From: a virus
Lineage: Duplodnaviria; Caudoviricetes
Virus record (IMG/VR): IMGVR_UViG_3300033121_000719
Location: 1-64,000 of that record
Length of the DNA stretch: 64,000 nucleotides
Reading direction: 5' to 3' (one strand)
Shown: in pieces, positions 19,109 through 29,783 of the stretch
Layout of the letters: the number at the start of each line of letters is the position of its first letter
Position numbering within the stretch: position 1 is the first letter of the stretch
Notes under the pieces: model-generated
The model's input: the letters and a program-made list of their open reading frames with translations, nothing else
Told to the model about the DNA's origin: nothing
The model's database searches: none
Translations under genes and position numbers: made by a program

Positions 19109-19577
19109 TAACATGGTATCTATTCTTTTATCTCAAGCGTTAAAAGAGAAATACAACTCATCTTTTTATGCAACATTGGCAAACAATATGTCAGTTTTGG
19201 GATATACTAATAGCGCCAATTTCTTCATGTCACAACATGAGGAAGAAACTGAACATTACTTAAAAATATGGAAATATTTGATGGATAGAAATTCAAAGAC
19301 TACAATGTATGAAATAGATGGAGTTGTAGTGACCTTTGATAATCTCATTGAAGCGTTTTCAGCGGCATTAGATTTAGAATATCAAACCACTGAAGAATGG
19401 AAAAAGATATATTCTGAAGCTATGAAAGAAGCTGATTTTATTACATTAGAATTGGCAAGATCATTTATGGAAATTCAGAAAAACGAAGAAGAAGAATTTA
19501 TGACTATCAATGACGAGTTGAAGTTAATTGGAAACGATACCTCTCTTTTGAAAATTTGGGACAATAATTTTAAATAA
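19089..19577 (+). CDS. Non-heme ferritin (FtnA-like)
   Basis: Q..KE..SS.FY; FF..Q.EEE.EH; LEYQ.T; Q..EE ferroxidase-centre pattern; AAGGAGG RBS. Confidence 0.85.
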   Translation: MNGRLSDNMVSILLSQALKEKYNSSFYATLANNMSVLGYTNSANFFMSQHEEETEHYLKIWKYLMDRNSKTTMYEIDGVVVTFDNLIEAFSAALDLEYQTTEEWKKIYSEAMKEADFITLELARSFMEIQKNEEEEFMTINDELKLIGNDTSLLKIWDNNFK

Positions 19578-19615
19578 ATTTTTCTTTTATTTTTAGAAGA
19601 AAGGAGGAAAACCAA

Positions 19616-21406
19616 TTGACAAAAACACTTAGTTTTGAAGTTGATAAAATGAAGTTTGAGACAATAGATAATTCTTTTCTCAAATGCAAATTTTATGCAA
19701 TTGCTGAAGGTGAAAACCTTAATCAAAGCACTTTTACCATAGAGTCAATGAATAGAGCGTTGCCAACAGTTATAAACAAGCCAATCTTAGCATATTATGA
19801 TGCAAATTTATTAGGCAAAGATGGAATAGTTGGTGATATGTTAGGACATGAAAGTAATATACACATAGACCCCATAACTGGCGAAATATATTATTCATAT
19901 TTAGATAAAGCTGAGAAATGTGTTGGAATCATTCCTGAAAGTTCAGACGTAAAGATTGAAACGTATCGCGGAAAAAGATGGCTGACATTTACTGGCTTAA
20001 TCTTTACTGAATATAATTATGAACTCGTAAAATTACTTAAGCGCAGAAGATTTAATGATGTTAGTGTTGAAGTTAGAGTTGATTCTAGTGAAATAGATGA
20101 AAATGAGTGGGAAACTATTCATGATTTTAGCTTTATGGGCATTACATTACTTGGATCAAACATTGCGCCAGGAATTTCTGATGCTCACTTAGAGCTTGAT
20201 ACTTTATTGCAATCTGATGAGTTTTTAAAATTCAGAAAAGAATTCTCTATGAATTACGAAAAAATAAACAAAAGTGAGTTTATCAATAAAGATGCAATTG
20301 GTAAGAGGCCTGCTTTAACTATTGATAAAAGCAAAGATTCTTTGAGTTCAACCCCTTGGGGTGATGTCAATAAATCTGCTTTGGTAAAAGATATTTTTGA
20401 GGCTTCAAACTGGAGAACAGCTATGCAATCAGCATTTATGTTGCTTGAAGATGGCTGGTCTGAAGGTAAAGAAGGCTCTTGTAAATATCCAGTAATGCAA
20501 AAAAAAGGTAATAAACTTGTCTACAATAAAGGTGGGATTGCTTCTGCTTTAGGTTATGCTAAGAAAGAAGGAGTGTCATCTGTTGTTAGGAAAGTTGAGG
20601 CTATAAGAAAAAAGATGGGTCTTGACGATCCAGAAAAGGAAAAGGAGTCTATAAAAATGACATTAAAGAATGTTTCAGAAAACTATAAACTCATCTTTTC
20701 TACTGCGGAATTTGCTTTCTTTGGTTGTGATGGAAAAGTCATGGCTCATCCTGTGAATGGTGAAGAAGAAGACTTTTCAGAAGAAAAATTGATGCAAGCA
20801 GATTTCGTAGCTGAAGTTGGTGAGGAAAAAGAACGATATGAAGTCAGCGAAGAATTTACTCAATACGCTGATGAATCTGAAGACGAAAAGAAAGAGCTCG
20901 CTAAGAAACTTGAAGAGGAAGTTGATAAATCTAAAGAAAAAGAAGAAGAGTATGCTAAATTAGCTACTGAATCTAAAACTTTTGAAGATGAAAAAGCTGA
21001 CTTTGAAAAGAAATTAGCTGAGGCTGAAGACGAAAAGTCAAAGAAAGAACTTGAACTTGATGAAGCTAAAAAAGAACTTGAGAAACTTTCTGCTGAATTT
21101 GCATCGTTAAGAATGGCACGTATGTCAGAAGACATGAATTATGCCGTTGATGAAGATGAAGATTTAGATGAAGATGAAAAAGAAGAGTTCAAAGCTAAAA
21201 TTTCTGAAGGTAAATTCGCTTCAGTTGAAGATTTTGAGAAGGATTTGGCCTATGCAAAGTATGTAAAAGCCAAAGAGATCAAGAAAGCTAAAAAAGATGA
21301 AATGGCTAAAATGCAGTTCAGTTTAGTTAATTCTGAACAGTCTGATAAATCAGTTATTTCTGACCCTGTTACCGCCGCCGCAAAAGCAGTTGGCGTTATT
21401 AAGTAA
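19616..21406 (+). CDS. Prohead protease-scaffold fusion (YonD-like)
   Basis: N-terminal protease (N.N.S.F, GHE, SVEV, F.G.TLLG..PG); acidic coiled-coil C-terminus; internal RBS + ATG at 20657. Confidence 0.8.
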   Translation: MTKTLSFEVDKMKFETIDNSFLKCKFYAIAEGENLNQSTFTIESMNRALPTVINKPILAYYDANLLGKDGIVGDMLGHESNIHIDPITGEIYYSYLDKAEKCVGIIPESSDVKIETYRGKRWLTFTGLIFTEYNYELVKLLKRRRFNDVSVEVRVDSSEIDENEWETIHDFSFMGITLLGSNIAPGISDAHLELDTLLQSDEFLKFRKEFSMNYEKINKSEFINKDAIGKRPALTIDKSKDSLSSTPWGDVNKSALVKDIFEASNWRTAMQSAFMLLEDGWSEGKEGSCKYPVMQKKGNKLVYNKGGIASALGYAKKEGVSSVVRKVEAIRKKMGLDDPEKEKESIKMTLKNVSENYKLIFSTAEFAFFGCDGKVMAHPVNGEEEDFSEEKLMQADFVAEVGEEKERYEVSEEFTQYADESEDEKKELAKKLEEEVDKSKEKEEEYAKLATESKTFEDEKADFEKKLAEAEDEKSKKELELDEAKKELEKLSAEFASLRMARMSEDMNYAVDEDEDLDEDEKEEFKAKISEGKFASVEDFEKDLAYAKYVKAKEIKKAKKDEMAKMQFSLVNSEQSDKSVISDPVTAAAKAVGVIK

Positions 21407-21450
21407 CCGTCAACACGGTAATCTTATTTATTTAATCTTGGAGGTTTAAA

Positions 21451-22023
21451 ATGAAGTTTTTTCAAAAAGTTAATATGATGTCTGAAGCTGGCGGTAAAGC
21501 TAATGCCATGAACCGCACTGGTTTATATCAGGCTTCTGGCTCAAACGCCGCTGTTGATGCTGGCGCATTTGTTATCCTTGGTGCTTTGGCTTCAAGTGAA
21601 GTTTATAACACCTTTACTGGTGGGTCTGCTAAGGACTGGAACAAATTTATTTGTACTGCTCCTACCGCTGTGACCAACAAGGGTGTGTATGTGGTTGATC
21701 CCGTGAAAGTTTCTGATGGTACTATTAACGGTAACGTTTATCGTATGGGCGACAAAACCCTTGGGCTTGGAGCTAATTCTGGTGAACCTGTTGCTTTACG
21801 CAGACTTGATATGTCTGACCAATTCCTTTTGGGTGCTGATAACTTTGTTTCTGCTCCTACTGTTGGTCAGTATGCTATTTTGACTGCTGGCTCAACTGTG
21901 TTGACTGGTTCTGCCGGAGTTCCTGCCAGTGGTTTCTGTGTGGCTATTGACCAGACCGTTACTCTTTCTCAGGGTATTACTGCTAATGGATCAGGTTATC
22001 TGGTTCATGTGGTTCAGCTTTAA
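21451..22023 (+). CDS. Head decoration / minor capsid protein
   Basis: Between scaffold and MCP; Gly/Ala/Val-rich beta protein. Confidence 0.65.
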   Translation: MKFFQKVNMMSEAGGKANAMNRTGLYQASGSNAAVDAGAFVILGALASSEVYNTFTGGSAKDWNKFICTAPTAVTNKGVYVVDPVKVSDGTINGNVYRMGDKTLGLGANSGEPVALRRLDMSDQFLLGADNFVSAPTVGQYAILTAGSTVLTGSAGVPASGFCVAIDQTVTLSQGITANGSGYLVHVVQL

Positions 22024-22057
22024 TTTGTAAAATACTAAGAAGGAGACGATATATAAA

Positions 22058-22580
22058 ATGAAAACTTTTTCTCAATTTAAGCACGTTGCTCTGATTGATG
22101 ATGTTGCCAATCAGATTGTTGATGCTGGCGTTGAACTTACCAAACAATATTCCATGTCTTTGAAAGAAAAGAATTTTAGCACCTCTGATAATGAAAAATA
22201 CGAGACTGCTAACAAACTCTTTTCTGAAACTTTGGCTAAATATTGTGTGGAAGCCGCTGGCTACAAGTACACTGGTTTAGAGATGCTTCGCAATCCTCAG
22301 ATCACTGGTGATGCTACCTTTGTTCGCAAATTCAATGCTGTGATCGCTCAGATCATGACTCCTGTTGCTCCTGCTGTTGTTTCTGAACAGTTCATGGACA
22401 TTTCAGAAGTTAAACAAATTGGCTTTGGTGAAACCGCTCGATTCGTGGTTCGTCCCAATGATTTGTTCCTTGTGAACGATATTGCTGAAGGTGTTCAACT
22501 TGGCGGGTTGCAGAGACTCTACAACGATGAATTCACCGTCAATCCCACTCCCAAACAGATTCGCTATGATATGCCTTGGT
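22058..22580 (+). CDS. Major capsid protein, exon 1
   Basis: Synteny, strong RBS; joins in frame W-Y|Q with exon 2 to give 372 aa. Confidence 0.85.
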
Positions 22581-23427
22581 TAAATTGATAGCCACTTACA
22601 ATAGTAATATTGTTTGAAAACATCTCCCAACTGCTGGAAACTCTTGTTAGACAATTATACTACAACGTAATTCGTGAGAATAAGCGTGACAGTCTGAAAA
22701 ATAATTGGTAGAGACAATCAGCATCCAAGTTACTTTTATATTTATCATAAAAAAATAATGAAAAATGGAAAAAATAAATTTAGAAATTTTAAAAGATTAT
22801 TATTTTATAGATAAAGATGGAAATATTTTTAGTACAAAAACCAACAAACAAATGAAGTCTTATTCTGATAGTAAAGGTTATTTACAAATAGAATTAAGAT
22901 GTAAAGATGATACGTCAAAAAGTTTTTTGATTCATAGATTGGTTATGAAAACATTTAATCCAATTGAAAACGATAAAAATTTTGATATAAATCATAAAAA
23001 CGGAAATAAAAAAGATAATAGTCTTGATAATTTAGAGTGGTGTACTACTCAATATAATATTACACACTCATATATAAATGGTTTTCAAAAAAGAAAACTT
23101 ACAGATCAAGACGTTATAGATATTTACCTTGCTTTAAAAACAGAAAACATTCCAGTAAAAGATATTAGTAAAAAATATGGAGTTTCTGAAGGTATGATAA
23201 AACATATAAAAGCAAAAAGTAAATATCAAAGAATTTTAGACAAAATGGGTTTTTGATAAATATAAAAGTAAAAGGTTCAACGACTATTCCGCAAGGAAGT
23301 ACACTCAAGTGAGTGGATATGGAGATTTCCCCAAGTGGGAAAAGATATAGTCTATTCTTTTCTGAGAAGAAAAGCAGTCCAACAATTTGGACGATACGAA
23401 AATAACGAATTCGTGTGAATATTTAAG
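22581..23427 (+). mobile_element. Group I intron (847 nt) in the major capsid gene, encoding an HNH endonuclease
   Basis: TGGT/GCCA P1; TGCTGGAAA, AATCAGCA, TTCAACGACTA, AAGATATAGTCT core; ends in G. Confidence 0.92.
22765..23256 (+). CDS. Intron-encoded HNH homing endonuclease
   Basis: IHRLV...INHKNGNKKDN...NLEWCT; bracketed by a long inverted repeat. Confidence 0.9.
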   Translation: MEKINLEILKDYYFIDKDGNIFSTKTNKQMKSYSDSKGYLQIELRCKDDTSKSFLIHRLVMKTFNPIENDKNFDINHKNGNKKDNSLDNLEWCTTQYNITHSYINGFQKRKLTDQDVIDIYLALKTENIPVKDISKKYGVSEGMIKHIKAKSKYQRILDKMGF

Positions 23428-24023
23428 ATCAGGTTGCGGCTGGAATCTTTGATTTTGGTATGTGGAGCTATAAAGTTGGTGTGTCGTTTGGTGGTTATTT
23501 GAACGCTTTGATTATCAAGGCTTTTACTGACACTATTACCTCTGCCTGTGTAGCTTCTTCGCCATATGTTGCTTCTGGCTTTAGCGACTCTAACTTCATC
23601 ACCATTGCACAGCGTGTTTCAACCGCTAATGACAATGCTGAAGTTTATGCTATGGGTTCCTTGGAAACCATTGGTAAAATCTTCCCTTCCACTACTGGTT
23701 TGCAGTATGGTTTAGGTCAAGAACTTGCCAAGCAAGGTTTCTTGGACAGATATAAGGGTGTAAGAGTTATGCCCATCAATCCTGCTCAGGTTCCTGGCAC
23801 GGTTAACACTACTGCCAATTTGATTGTTCCTACTGGTTCAGTCTATATGATTGGTATGGGTTCTTATAAACCCATTAAGGTTGTGTTTGAAGGTCAGAAT
23901 GTGACTGTTGAAACAGTTCCTACTGAAACCCCTGACAAAACTGGTGGAATGGCTTTAACGATGCGCTTGGGCGTATCCGCTGTTGTTGGTAGCCGCTTTG
24001 GTGCTATCATCAATATTGTTTAA
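23428..24023 (+). CDS. Major capsid protein, exon 2
   Basis: In frame after splicing; followed by a terminator. Confidence 0.85.
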
Positions 24024-24035
24024 TAAAATAAGCTG

Positions 24036-24067
24036 ATAGTGGGGGGTTGAAATATACCCCCCACTAT
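24036..24067 (+). terminator. Terminator hairpin after MCP
   Basis: ATAGTGGGGGGT-TGAAATAT-ACCCCCCACTAT. Confidence 0.7.
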
Positions 24068-24111
24068 ATAAAAGAATAAAAGGAATAAAAGGAATAAAAG
24101 GAGAATATAAA

Positions 24112-24795
24112 ATGACAAGAACATATACTAAAAAAGTAAATACTCAGACAGCACAAGAACAGGTGACTGAAACTGTTAATCCTATGGAAGTTATTGCGGC
24201 TCTTCAAAAACAGCTTGATGAACTTTCAAAAAAAATGAATGAACAAACCGCTAATCCAAATATTGTTCAACAAAAAGATAATAAATTAGACGCAAATCGC
24301 TATGTTAAGGTTGTACATTTATTGGACAATATTGACGGAGTGACTACTCATCTTTCAATATCGAATCGTGATATTGATTTTAGAAAATTTGGAGATTTTA
24401 TAAGACTTAGATTGACTGAGTTTGAAGAACTCTATTATAAGCATCGTAATTTGTTTGAACAAAACATTATTGGACTTTCTTCTGAAGATGATGATTTAAT
24501 TGATTTATACAACATTACATGCTCAGATAAATTGCCAATAAATGGACAGAAACTTGAACAGTTTCCAAATATGGATGAAAAATCAATGCAAGAATTATAT
24601 AATAGTTTATCTCAGGTTCATAGGGCCATGTTGATTAGAAAATGGTATACTGGATATTATGATGTTGATGAAAAAGGCGTTACGAAAAATTCAGTATTTT
24701 TGAATAAGAGAAAAATCAATCTTTTAAATGAGCTATCTGGTGGTGAAATGGAAAGACTCATTGAAGATTTAAAATACAAAGAAATAAAAAAATAG
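24112..24795 (+). CDS. Hypothetical virion-assembly protein (YonA-like position)
   Basis: ORF with RBS; synteny. Confidence 0.6.
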   Translation: MTRTYTKKVNTQTAQEQVTETVNPMEVIAALQKQLDELSKKMNEQTANPNIVQQKDNKLDANRYVKVVHLLDNIDGVTTHLSISNRDIDFRKFGDFIRLRLTEFEELYYKHRNLFEQNIIGLSSEDDDLIDLYNITCSDKLPINGQKLEQFPNMDEKSMQELYNSLSQVHRAMLIRKWYTGYYDVDEKGVTKNSVFLNKRKINLLNELSGGEMERLIEDLKYKEIKK

Positions 24796-24806
24796 AAGGA
24801 GGATAA

Positions 24807-25478
24807 ATGGCAACAAGTTTTATAGAAATTTATAATAGAGCCATTTCTGAATTAGATGATCCTGATTTGACAAAAATTTTTGAAAGAAATCCAGAGTCTC
24901 CAATAGAACTTTACCAGACTATGTATCCATTTTTGCAGAATTCAATACCAAAATTTAATAATCCAATATCAATGATAAATAGACTTTCTGCAATTAGTGA
25001 TTCAGATGGTGCTATTGAAACATTTAATGGCAGTGGTTCAACTAAAACTTTTGTTGTCTCTACAACTCCTTTAATTGGATCGTATTATCAATTCATAATA
25101 AATGGCGAAATTGTTGAAGGAACATATGATTCTTCAGCTAGTTCAGTGACTTTTCAGTATCCAATTCCATTGAATGAGACTGGAAGTTTTGAATGGTATT
25201 TTGCTGGACAATTTACAAACGATCTAAACATTACTGAAAAGATGATTTTAGGAAAACTAACTATTTGTTCTTGGGCTGAGAAGGAAGTCAATTTTCTTTT
25301 GGATATTAGAAGATTACTTGGAGATACTGATTTTAAACTTGGTTCAGAAGCAAACAGTATTAGAGCAAAAGATATGTGGTTGTATAATAAGATAGAGGCC
25401 ACAAACAAAGCTATGCAAAATTATTCTTGGAATACTGCCCTTTATAATTATAGCAAGGGTGCTGGATTTGGAGCTTGA
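24807..25478 (+). CDS. Head-tail adaptor-like protein
   Basis: MATSFIEIY...; F..DL...E..IL pattern; synteny. Confidence 0.6.
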   Translation: MATSFIEIYNRAISELDDPDLTKIFERNPESPIELYQTMYPFLQNSIPKFNNPISMINRLSAISDSDGAIETFNGSGSTKTFVVSTTPLIGSYYQFIINGEIVEGTYDSSASSVTFQYPIPLNETGSFEWYFAGQFTNDLNITEKMILGKLTICSWAEKEVNFLLDIRRLLGDTDFKLGSEANSIRAKDMWLYNKIEATNKAMQNYSWNTALYNYSKGAGFGA

Positions 25479-25479
25479 T

Positions 25480-25830
25480 ATGCAAGACGAAAACAAAGTA
25501 GAGTATGTTACAAATAAAATAAAAGTATCAAATTCTGCTAAGTTTGTTTATCTTGATGGATTAACTGGAAAAATATACAAAATATTGCCCATCATAGAAA
25601 AAGAAGGATATGATATTGCAGGTGTCTATATTTGGGGATTGCTCAACGATATTTCAAGTGCAAATGATATAATTTTTGATGGTGAAATAATAGAATTAAT
25701 TCCAAAACTAAATTCAATCAAGTTCAATAACTTAGGTTTCAAAGAATCAAGAAAAATAATTTTTGAATGTATTAACTTAGTCAGTAAGTTCAAAGAAAAA
25801 CATTGCATAAAAATAGAAAAGGCAGGTTGA
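25480..25830 (+). CDS. Hypothetical protein
   Basis: ORF in the neck module. Confidence 0.6.
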   Translation: MQDENKVEYVTNKIKVSNSAKFVYLDGLTGKIYKILPIIEKEGYDIAGVYIWGLLNDISSANDIIFDGEIIELIPKLNSIKFNNLGFKESRKIIFECINLVSKFKEKHCIKIEKAG

Positions 25831-25831
25831 T

Positions 25832-27145
25832 ATGGGAAACGTTAAATCAACCAATTCAGCTTCTAACTTGACTAAAGCTACAATGAGAAAAAATACCACA
25901 TATGGCAAAACACCAAAAGATTACTATTTGAATGATTTGCAAAATAAAATAAATAAAGAATGGGATTATGCTTCTGACATATATACGATTGAAGAAGAGT
26001 CTTCATTTGGAAGCAATATGTTTGCTTATGTTGATGTTAGGGTTAATCATGAACCATTGTCAAATACTGGTGATAAACTAAGTGATGATTTCAAGGAATT
26101 TATTTTTAAAAATATTGACCACGCAAGAGGAATTGGATATATTTATAAATTTTCCAATAACTATTGGTTGACAATAAACTCTGATCTATATAAAAAAGCT
26201 ACTGCTTCAAGTACAGTAAAAAGAATGAATAATATGTTGAGATGGGTAGACCCTGACGGAAGTTATCATGAAGAACCATGCATTATTGACTATTCAGTTA
26301 AAAGAGCTGTTGATACTTTATCAAATAGTGACGTGACAACGCCAAATGGTTTCATTATGGTTATAGCTCAACTCAATGATAGAACAAATAAGATAAAAGA
26401 AAATCAAAGATTTTTATTTGGAAATTCTTCAAATTGGGCGGCATATAAAGTATATGGTAATGGTGTAAGAAACTTTTTAAATCAGCAAACTGATGACAAT
26501 GATTCGTGTACGCTGGTTGAGTTTCAAATGGGCATAAACTATGACAACACATCTTATGATGATGTTGTAAACGGTGTTGCTGATAGGTATAGGTATTCTT
26601 ATCAAATTACAGTTTCTCCAAGCTCAATAACTGCGAATGTTGGAGATAAAATCCAGCTCAATACACTATTAACAATGAATGGCAATCCAATAACAAAAGA
26701 CATTGAATATGATACAAGTTCAAGTGCAATTGCTACAGTTGATACAAATGGTCTTGTAACCTTAAACGGTCTTGGTTCTTGTGATTTGCTTGTGAAAATG
26801 TCTGATAACGATGTTACCAAACAAACTGTTTCTGTGACCTCAACGGGATCAGCAATAAATAATTATGAAGTAAGAATATCTCCAAATCAAGATTACATTT
26901 TCCAAAGCGATACACAGACGTATAATGTTCATGGATATTTGGATGGTGTTTTACAGGCTGATACATTTAATTTTACTTTATCTGGTTCAACTATTCCAAA
27001 AGATAAATACTTGTTTAGCATAATTGATGGGAATTCTTTCTCAATAACCAATTATTCAAAATACTTAGAATCTCCGTTGAGTGTTTTATGTAGTGGAAGT
27101 AGCGGAAGCTCATCTATAAACATAAAACTGAAAGGAGCTTGGTAA
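25832..27145 (+). CDS. Head-closure/neck protein with Ig-like (Big_2) domain
   Basis: YDTSSSAIATVDTNGLVT Ig motif; synteny. Confidence 0.65.
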   Translation: MGNVKSTNSASNLTKATMRKNTTYGKTPKDYYLNDLQNKINKEWDYASDIYTIEEESSFGSNMFAYVDVRVNHEPLSNTGDKLSDDFKEFIFKNIDHARGIGYIYKFSNNYWLTINSDLYKKATASSTVKRMNNMLRWVDPDGSYHEEPCIIDYSVKRAVDTLSNSDVTTPNGFIMVIAQLNDRTNKIKENQRFLFGNSSNWAAYKVYGNGVRNFLNQQTDDNDSCTLVEFQMGINYDNTSYDDVVNGVADRYRYSYQITVSPSSITANVGDKIQLNTLLTMNGNPITKDIEYDTSSSAIATVDTNGLVTLNGLGSCDLLVKMSDNDVTKQTVSVTSTGSAINNYEVRISPNQDYIFQSDTQTYNVHGYLDGVLQADTFNFTLSGSTIPKDKYLFSIIDGNSFSITNYSKYLESPLSVLCSGSSGSSSINIKLKGAW

Positions 27146-27693
27146 TGAGTATTGATTATATAAAAAAATCATACAACAAATTTTCACAAGTACCTTTATT
27201 TCCATATAATGTAGTTGAATATCTTGTTAATAATAACGACTATTTATGGAAACTATTAAAGTACCCAACTTATGATGCTTGGAATAAAGCAAACTTAACT
27301 AAGAGTGAAAAAAGAGAACTAATTTTCAATGGGGAACAAAAACAAACAGACTGTAGGGTTTTTTTAGGCGAAGGCCAGAACGATGTATGGACTGAAGAAC
27401 AAACATTTCTTAGGGTAAGTGTTGTTGAAGTAGTTCCAGAAAATTATGTTTATGGAAGTATATCAGTTGGATTTGAAGTATATACTCACTTTAATATTGA
27501 AACACTCTCTAATTATACAGTTAGACAGGATGCATGTATACAATCTATAATTGAAACATTAAACGGTGCTGAAGTTGGTGGTCTTGGAAGACTTTATTTT
27601 GATTCTGAAATCAATAGAAATTGTAGAATTAGAATAATTGGCAAAATACCATATAAAGGTAAAGCATTGATAATGGGAAATTGGGCTCAGTAA
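27145..27693 (+). CDS. Tail-completion/terminator-like protein
   Basis: Synteny; GGLGRLYF. Confidence 0.55.
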   Translation: MSIDYIKKSYNKFSQVPLFPYNVVEYLVNNNDYLWKLLKYPTYDAWNKANLTKSEKRELIFNGEQKQTDCRVFLGEGQNDVWTEEQTFLRVSVVEVVPENYVYGSISVGFEVYTHFNIETLSNYTVRQDACIQSIIETLNGAEVGGLGRLYFDSEINRNCRIRIIGKIPYKGKALIMGNWAQ

Positions 27694-28493
27694 TGAATAC
27701 ATATATCTCTAGTTTTTATAAAGAAAATAATGATATTTGGGGAAAGCCTCAAGTATATAAAGGTTTAAATATATATCCAATAAAAATTATTGATGATGAA
27801 TACATGGACTTATTTTACAGGTTGTTGTTTTTTCATAAAAACACAATCCCTGACAAAACAATTATAAAAATGTCATATCTAAAATTTCTTTTATATGTCG
27901 TATCAGATAATGGATACATAAAAGAATTAGAAATTGATATGTATGATTTATTGTCAAAGTTTTTAAAATATATTTTCAAAGAGGATAATGTTGAAATAGT
28001 TGGATACTTCAAGCAAACAGTTGAAACATTAGATACTCTTGTTTTAAAAATAAAAGTAAAGGATGTTGTTTTAGACGAATATGATTTTGATGTAATTAGA
28101 GCTGTAATATTACAACAAAATGGATGCTCGTATGAGTACGTTGAAGAATATAATCCTGATCTTGAAGAAAAGTTAAAGTTTATGAATAGACAAAATTCAG
28201 ACATAACTTTCAAAGATCAAATTTTTAGTTTGGCGGCCCTATGCAACAAAACACTTGAAGAAGTAGGGCAAAGTTTTACTATGTTTCAAATGAAGAACTG
28301 GATAAGAGCCAAAGATGATTTAATGTCATATGGAATGTATCATATTGAATTATCTTTGCCAGAAGGTTCTGAAATAAAACATTATCTAAATCATCATGAA
28401 GATGGTGGAAGATATAGTAATATACTTATTGATAAAGATAGTTTTGTGAAAAAGGGCGAATATTTCAAATCAGAAAAAGAAATCGCCAAATAA
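27693..28493 (+). CDS. Hypothetical tail-assembly protein
   Basis: Synteny. Confidence 0.55.
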   Translation: MNTYISSFYKENNDIWGKPQVYKGLNIYPIKIIDDEYMDLFYRLLFFHKNTIPDKTIIKMSYLKFLLYVVSDNGYIKELEIDMYDLLSKFLKYIFKEDNVEIVGYFKQTVETLDTLVLKIKVKDVVLDEYDFDVIRAVILQQNGCSYEYVEEYNPDLEEKLKFMNRQNSDITFKDQIFSLAALCNKTLEEVGQSFTMFQMKNWIRAKDDLMSYGMYHIELSLPEGSEIKHYLNHHEDGGRYSNILIDKDSFVKKGEYFKSEKEIAK

Positions 28494-28523
28494 TAAAAAT
28501 CATAATTATAAGGAGTAATAAAA

Positions 28524-29558
28524 ATGGCAGATAAATTTTTAGTCTCAGTTGCAGACGTTATTTTACGTGATCCTACGACTAAGGTAGCCATAGCTCATGG
28601 TGTTACCAATGCTACCACATCCTTGACTCAGACAATGCAAAAAACTGAAGCAAGAGGCGGTATTAACAACCCATTGCGCTATACGTACTATCATGATCGT
28701 AACGTTGAATTTAAAATTGAAATGACTACATTCAATGAATATGTTTTAGCCTTAAACTCTGGTACTACGGTTGCCAATGGTTCAGTTCAGTGTGTGAAAA
28801 CTGACTGTGTAACCCTTTCTAGCGGTAGCGGAACTTTAACTAAAACACCCGTTGGTAATGTTACAGTCATTTATCAAAATGGTGCTACTCAAACAGTAAC
28901 GCCCGTTGGAACTTCTGTGTATATCGCTGGTGGTGGTTCTCAGATGGTTGATCTTGTTTACGATTATATGACAACCGCTGATAGATTGACTGTTGGAGCC
29001 ACAACTCCCCCAAGCATTGTTGAATTAATTCTTACTGCTGAAGTTAGAGACGCTTCTCATTCTACAGTTCTTCAATATTTTCAGGTCGTTGTTCCTTCGT
29101 TCAGTGTTGCTGGTAACTATACATTATCGTTAACCGCTAATGGTATTTCTAATCAGTCTCTTGATGGTACTGCCCTTGTAAATAAAGCAAGCGATTGTTC
29201 AAGTGGTGATTATTTCTATACTGCTACTTGGATTGACGCTTCTGGTACGATTGCGCCCGTTGTTCAGATTTCTGCTACACCTGATCCCGTACCCTTCTCT
29301 GTTGCCGCTGGATTACCTGCTTCAAAACAGATTAGTGTGTTGGGTATTCGTGGTGGAGTCTATCAGAACTTCCCAATTACTACATCTTGCTCGTATGTAA
29401 AGACAAGTGGATGTGCTAGTATTACTGTGAGTTCTGGAGGTTTGGTTACTGCTGGTTCAGCTGCCGCCGCTAGTCATAATGCTATTATTGGTGTTACGTA
29501 CTATGATGCTACTTCTGGTAGCTTAACTGACACCGTTCAGGTCATGGTTTCAGCCTAG
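28524..29558 (+). CDS. Major tail (tube) protein with C-terminal Ig-like domain
   Basis: EARGGINN...YYH; Thr/Gly/Val-rich; synteny. Confidence 0.75.
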   Translation: MADKFLVSVADVILRDPTTKVAIAHGVTNATTSLTQTMQKTEARGGINNPLRYTYYHDRNVEFKIEMTTFNEYVLALNSGTTVANGSVQCVKTDCVTLSSGSGTLTKTPVGNVTVIYQNGATQTVTPVGTSVYIAGGGSQMVDLVYDYMTTADRLTVGATTPPSIVELILTAEVRDASHSTVLQYFQVVVPSFSVAGNYTLSLTANGISNQSLDGTALVNKASDCSSGDYFYTATWIDASGTIAPVVQISATPDPVPFSVAAGLPASKQISVLGIRGGVYQNFPITTSCSYVKTSGCASITVSSGGLVTAGSAAAASHNAIIGVTYYDATSGSLTDTVQVMVSA

Positions 29559-29570
29559 TAGGATATTGAT

Positions 29571-29780
29571 ATGGTATGTGCTAACGGAGTTGAAACAAGT
29601 TTACCTCCAGATGGTATATACTTCATATGTCAAAAAGGTGATTATGAAGGCAACCAGTGTAGGTTTGTTAGATGGTGTGGCTTACAACATCATTACGTCA
29701 TGTTAGATGAATCTAATACTGCTTGCAAAGATTATTCCTTAACTAGACAGAACAACAATGAATCACTCCCAAAAGAGTGA
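29571..29780 (+). CDS. Small Cys-rich protein
   Basis: 69 aa, 5 Cys. Confidence 0.6.
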   Translation: MVCANGVETSLPPDGIYFICQKGDYEGNQCRFVRWCGLQHHYVMLDESNTACKDYSLTRQNNNESLPKE

Positions 29781-29783
29781 ACT

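Noticed and set aside
20860-21135. Ser/Phe-rich minus-strand ORF and similar short antisense ORFs throughout
   Set aside because: Reverse-complement shadows of Glu/Lys-rich or structural genes.
24070-24105. (AGGAATAAA)n short repeat as a regulatory array
   Set aside because: Likely slippage of a purine-rich RBS region (similar at ~12893); no independent support.
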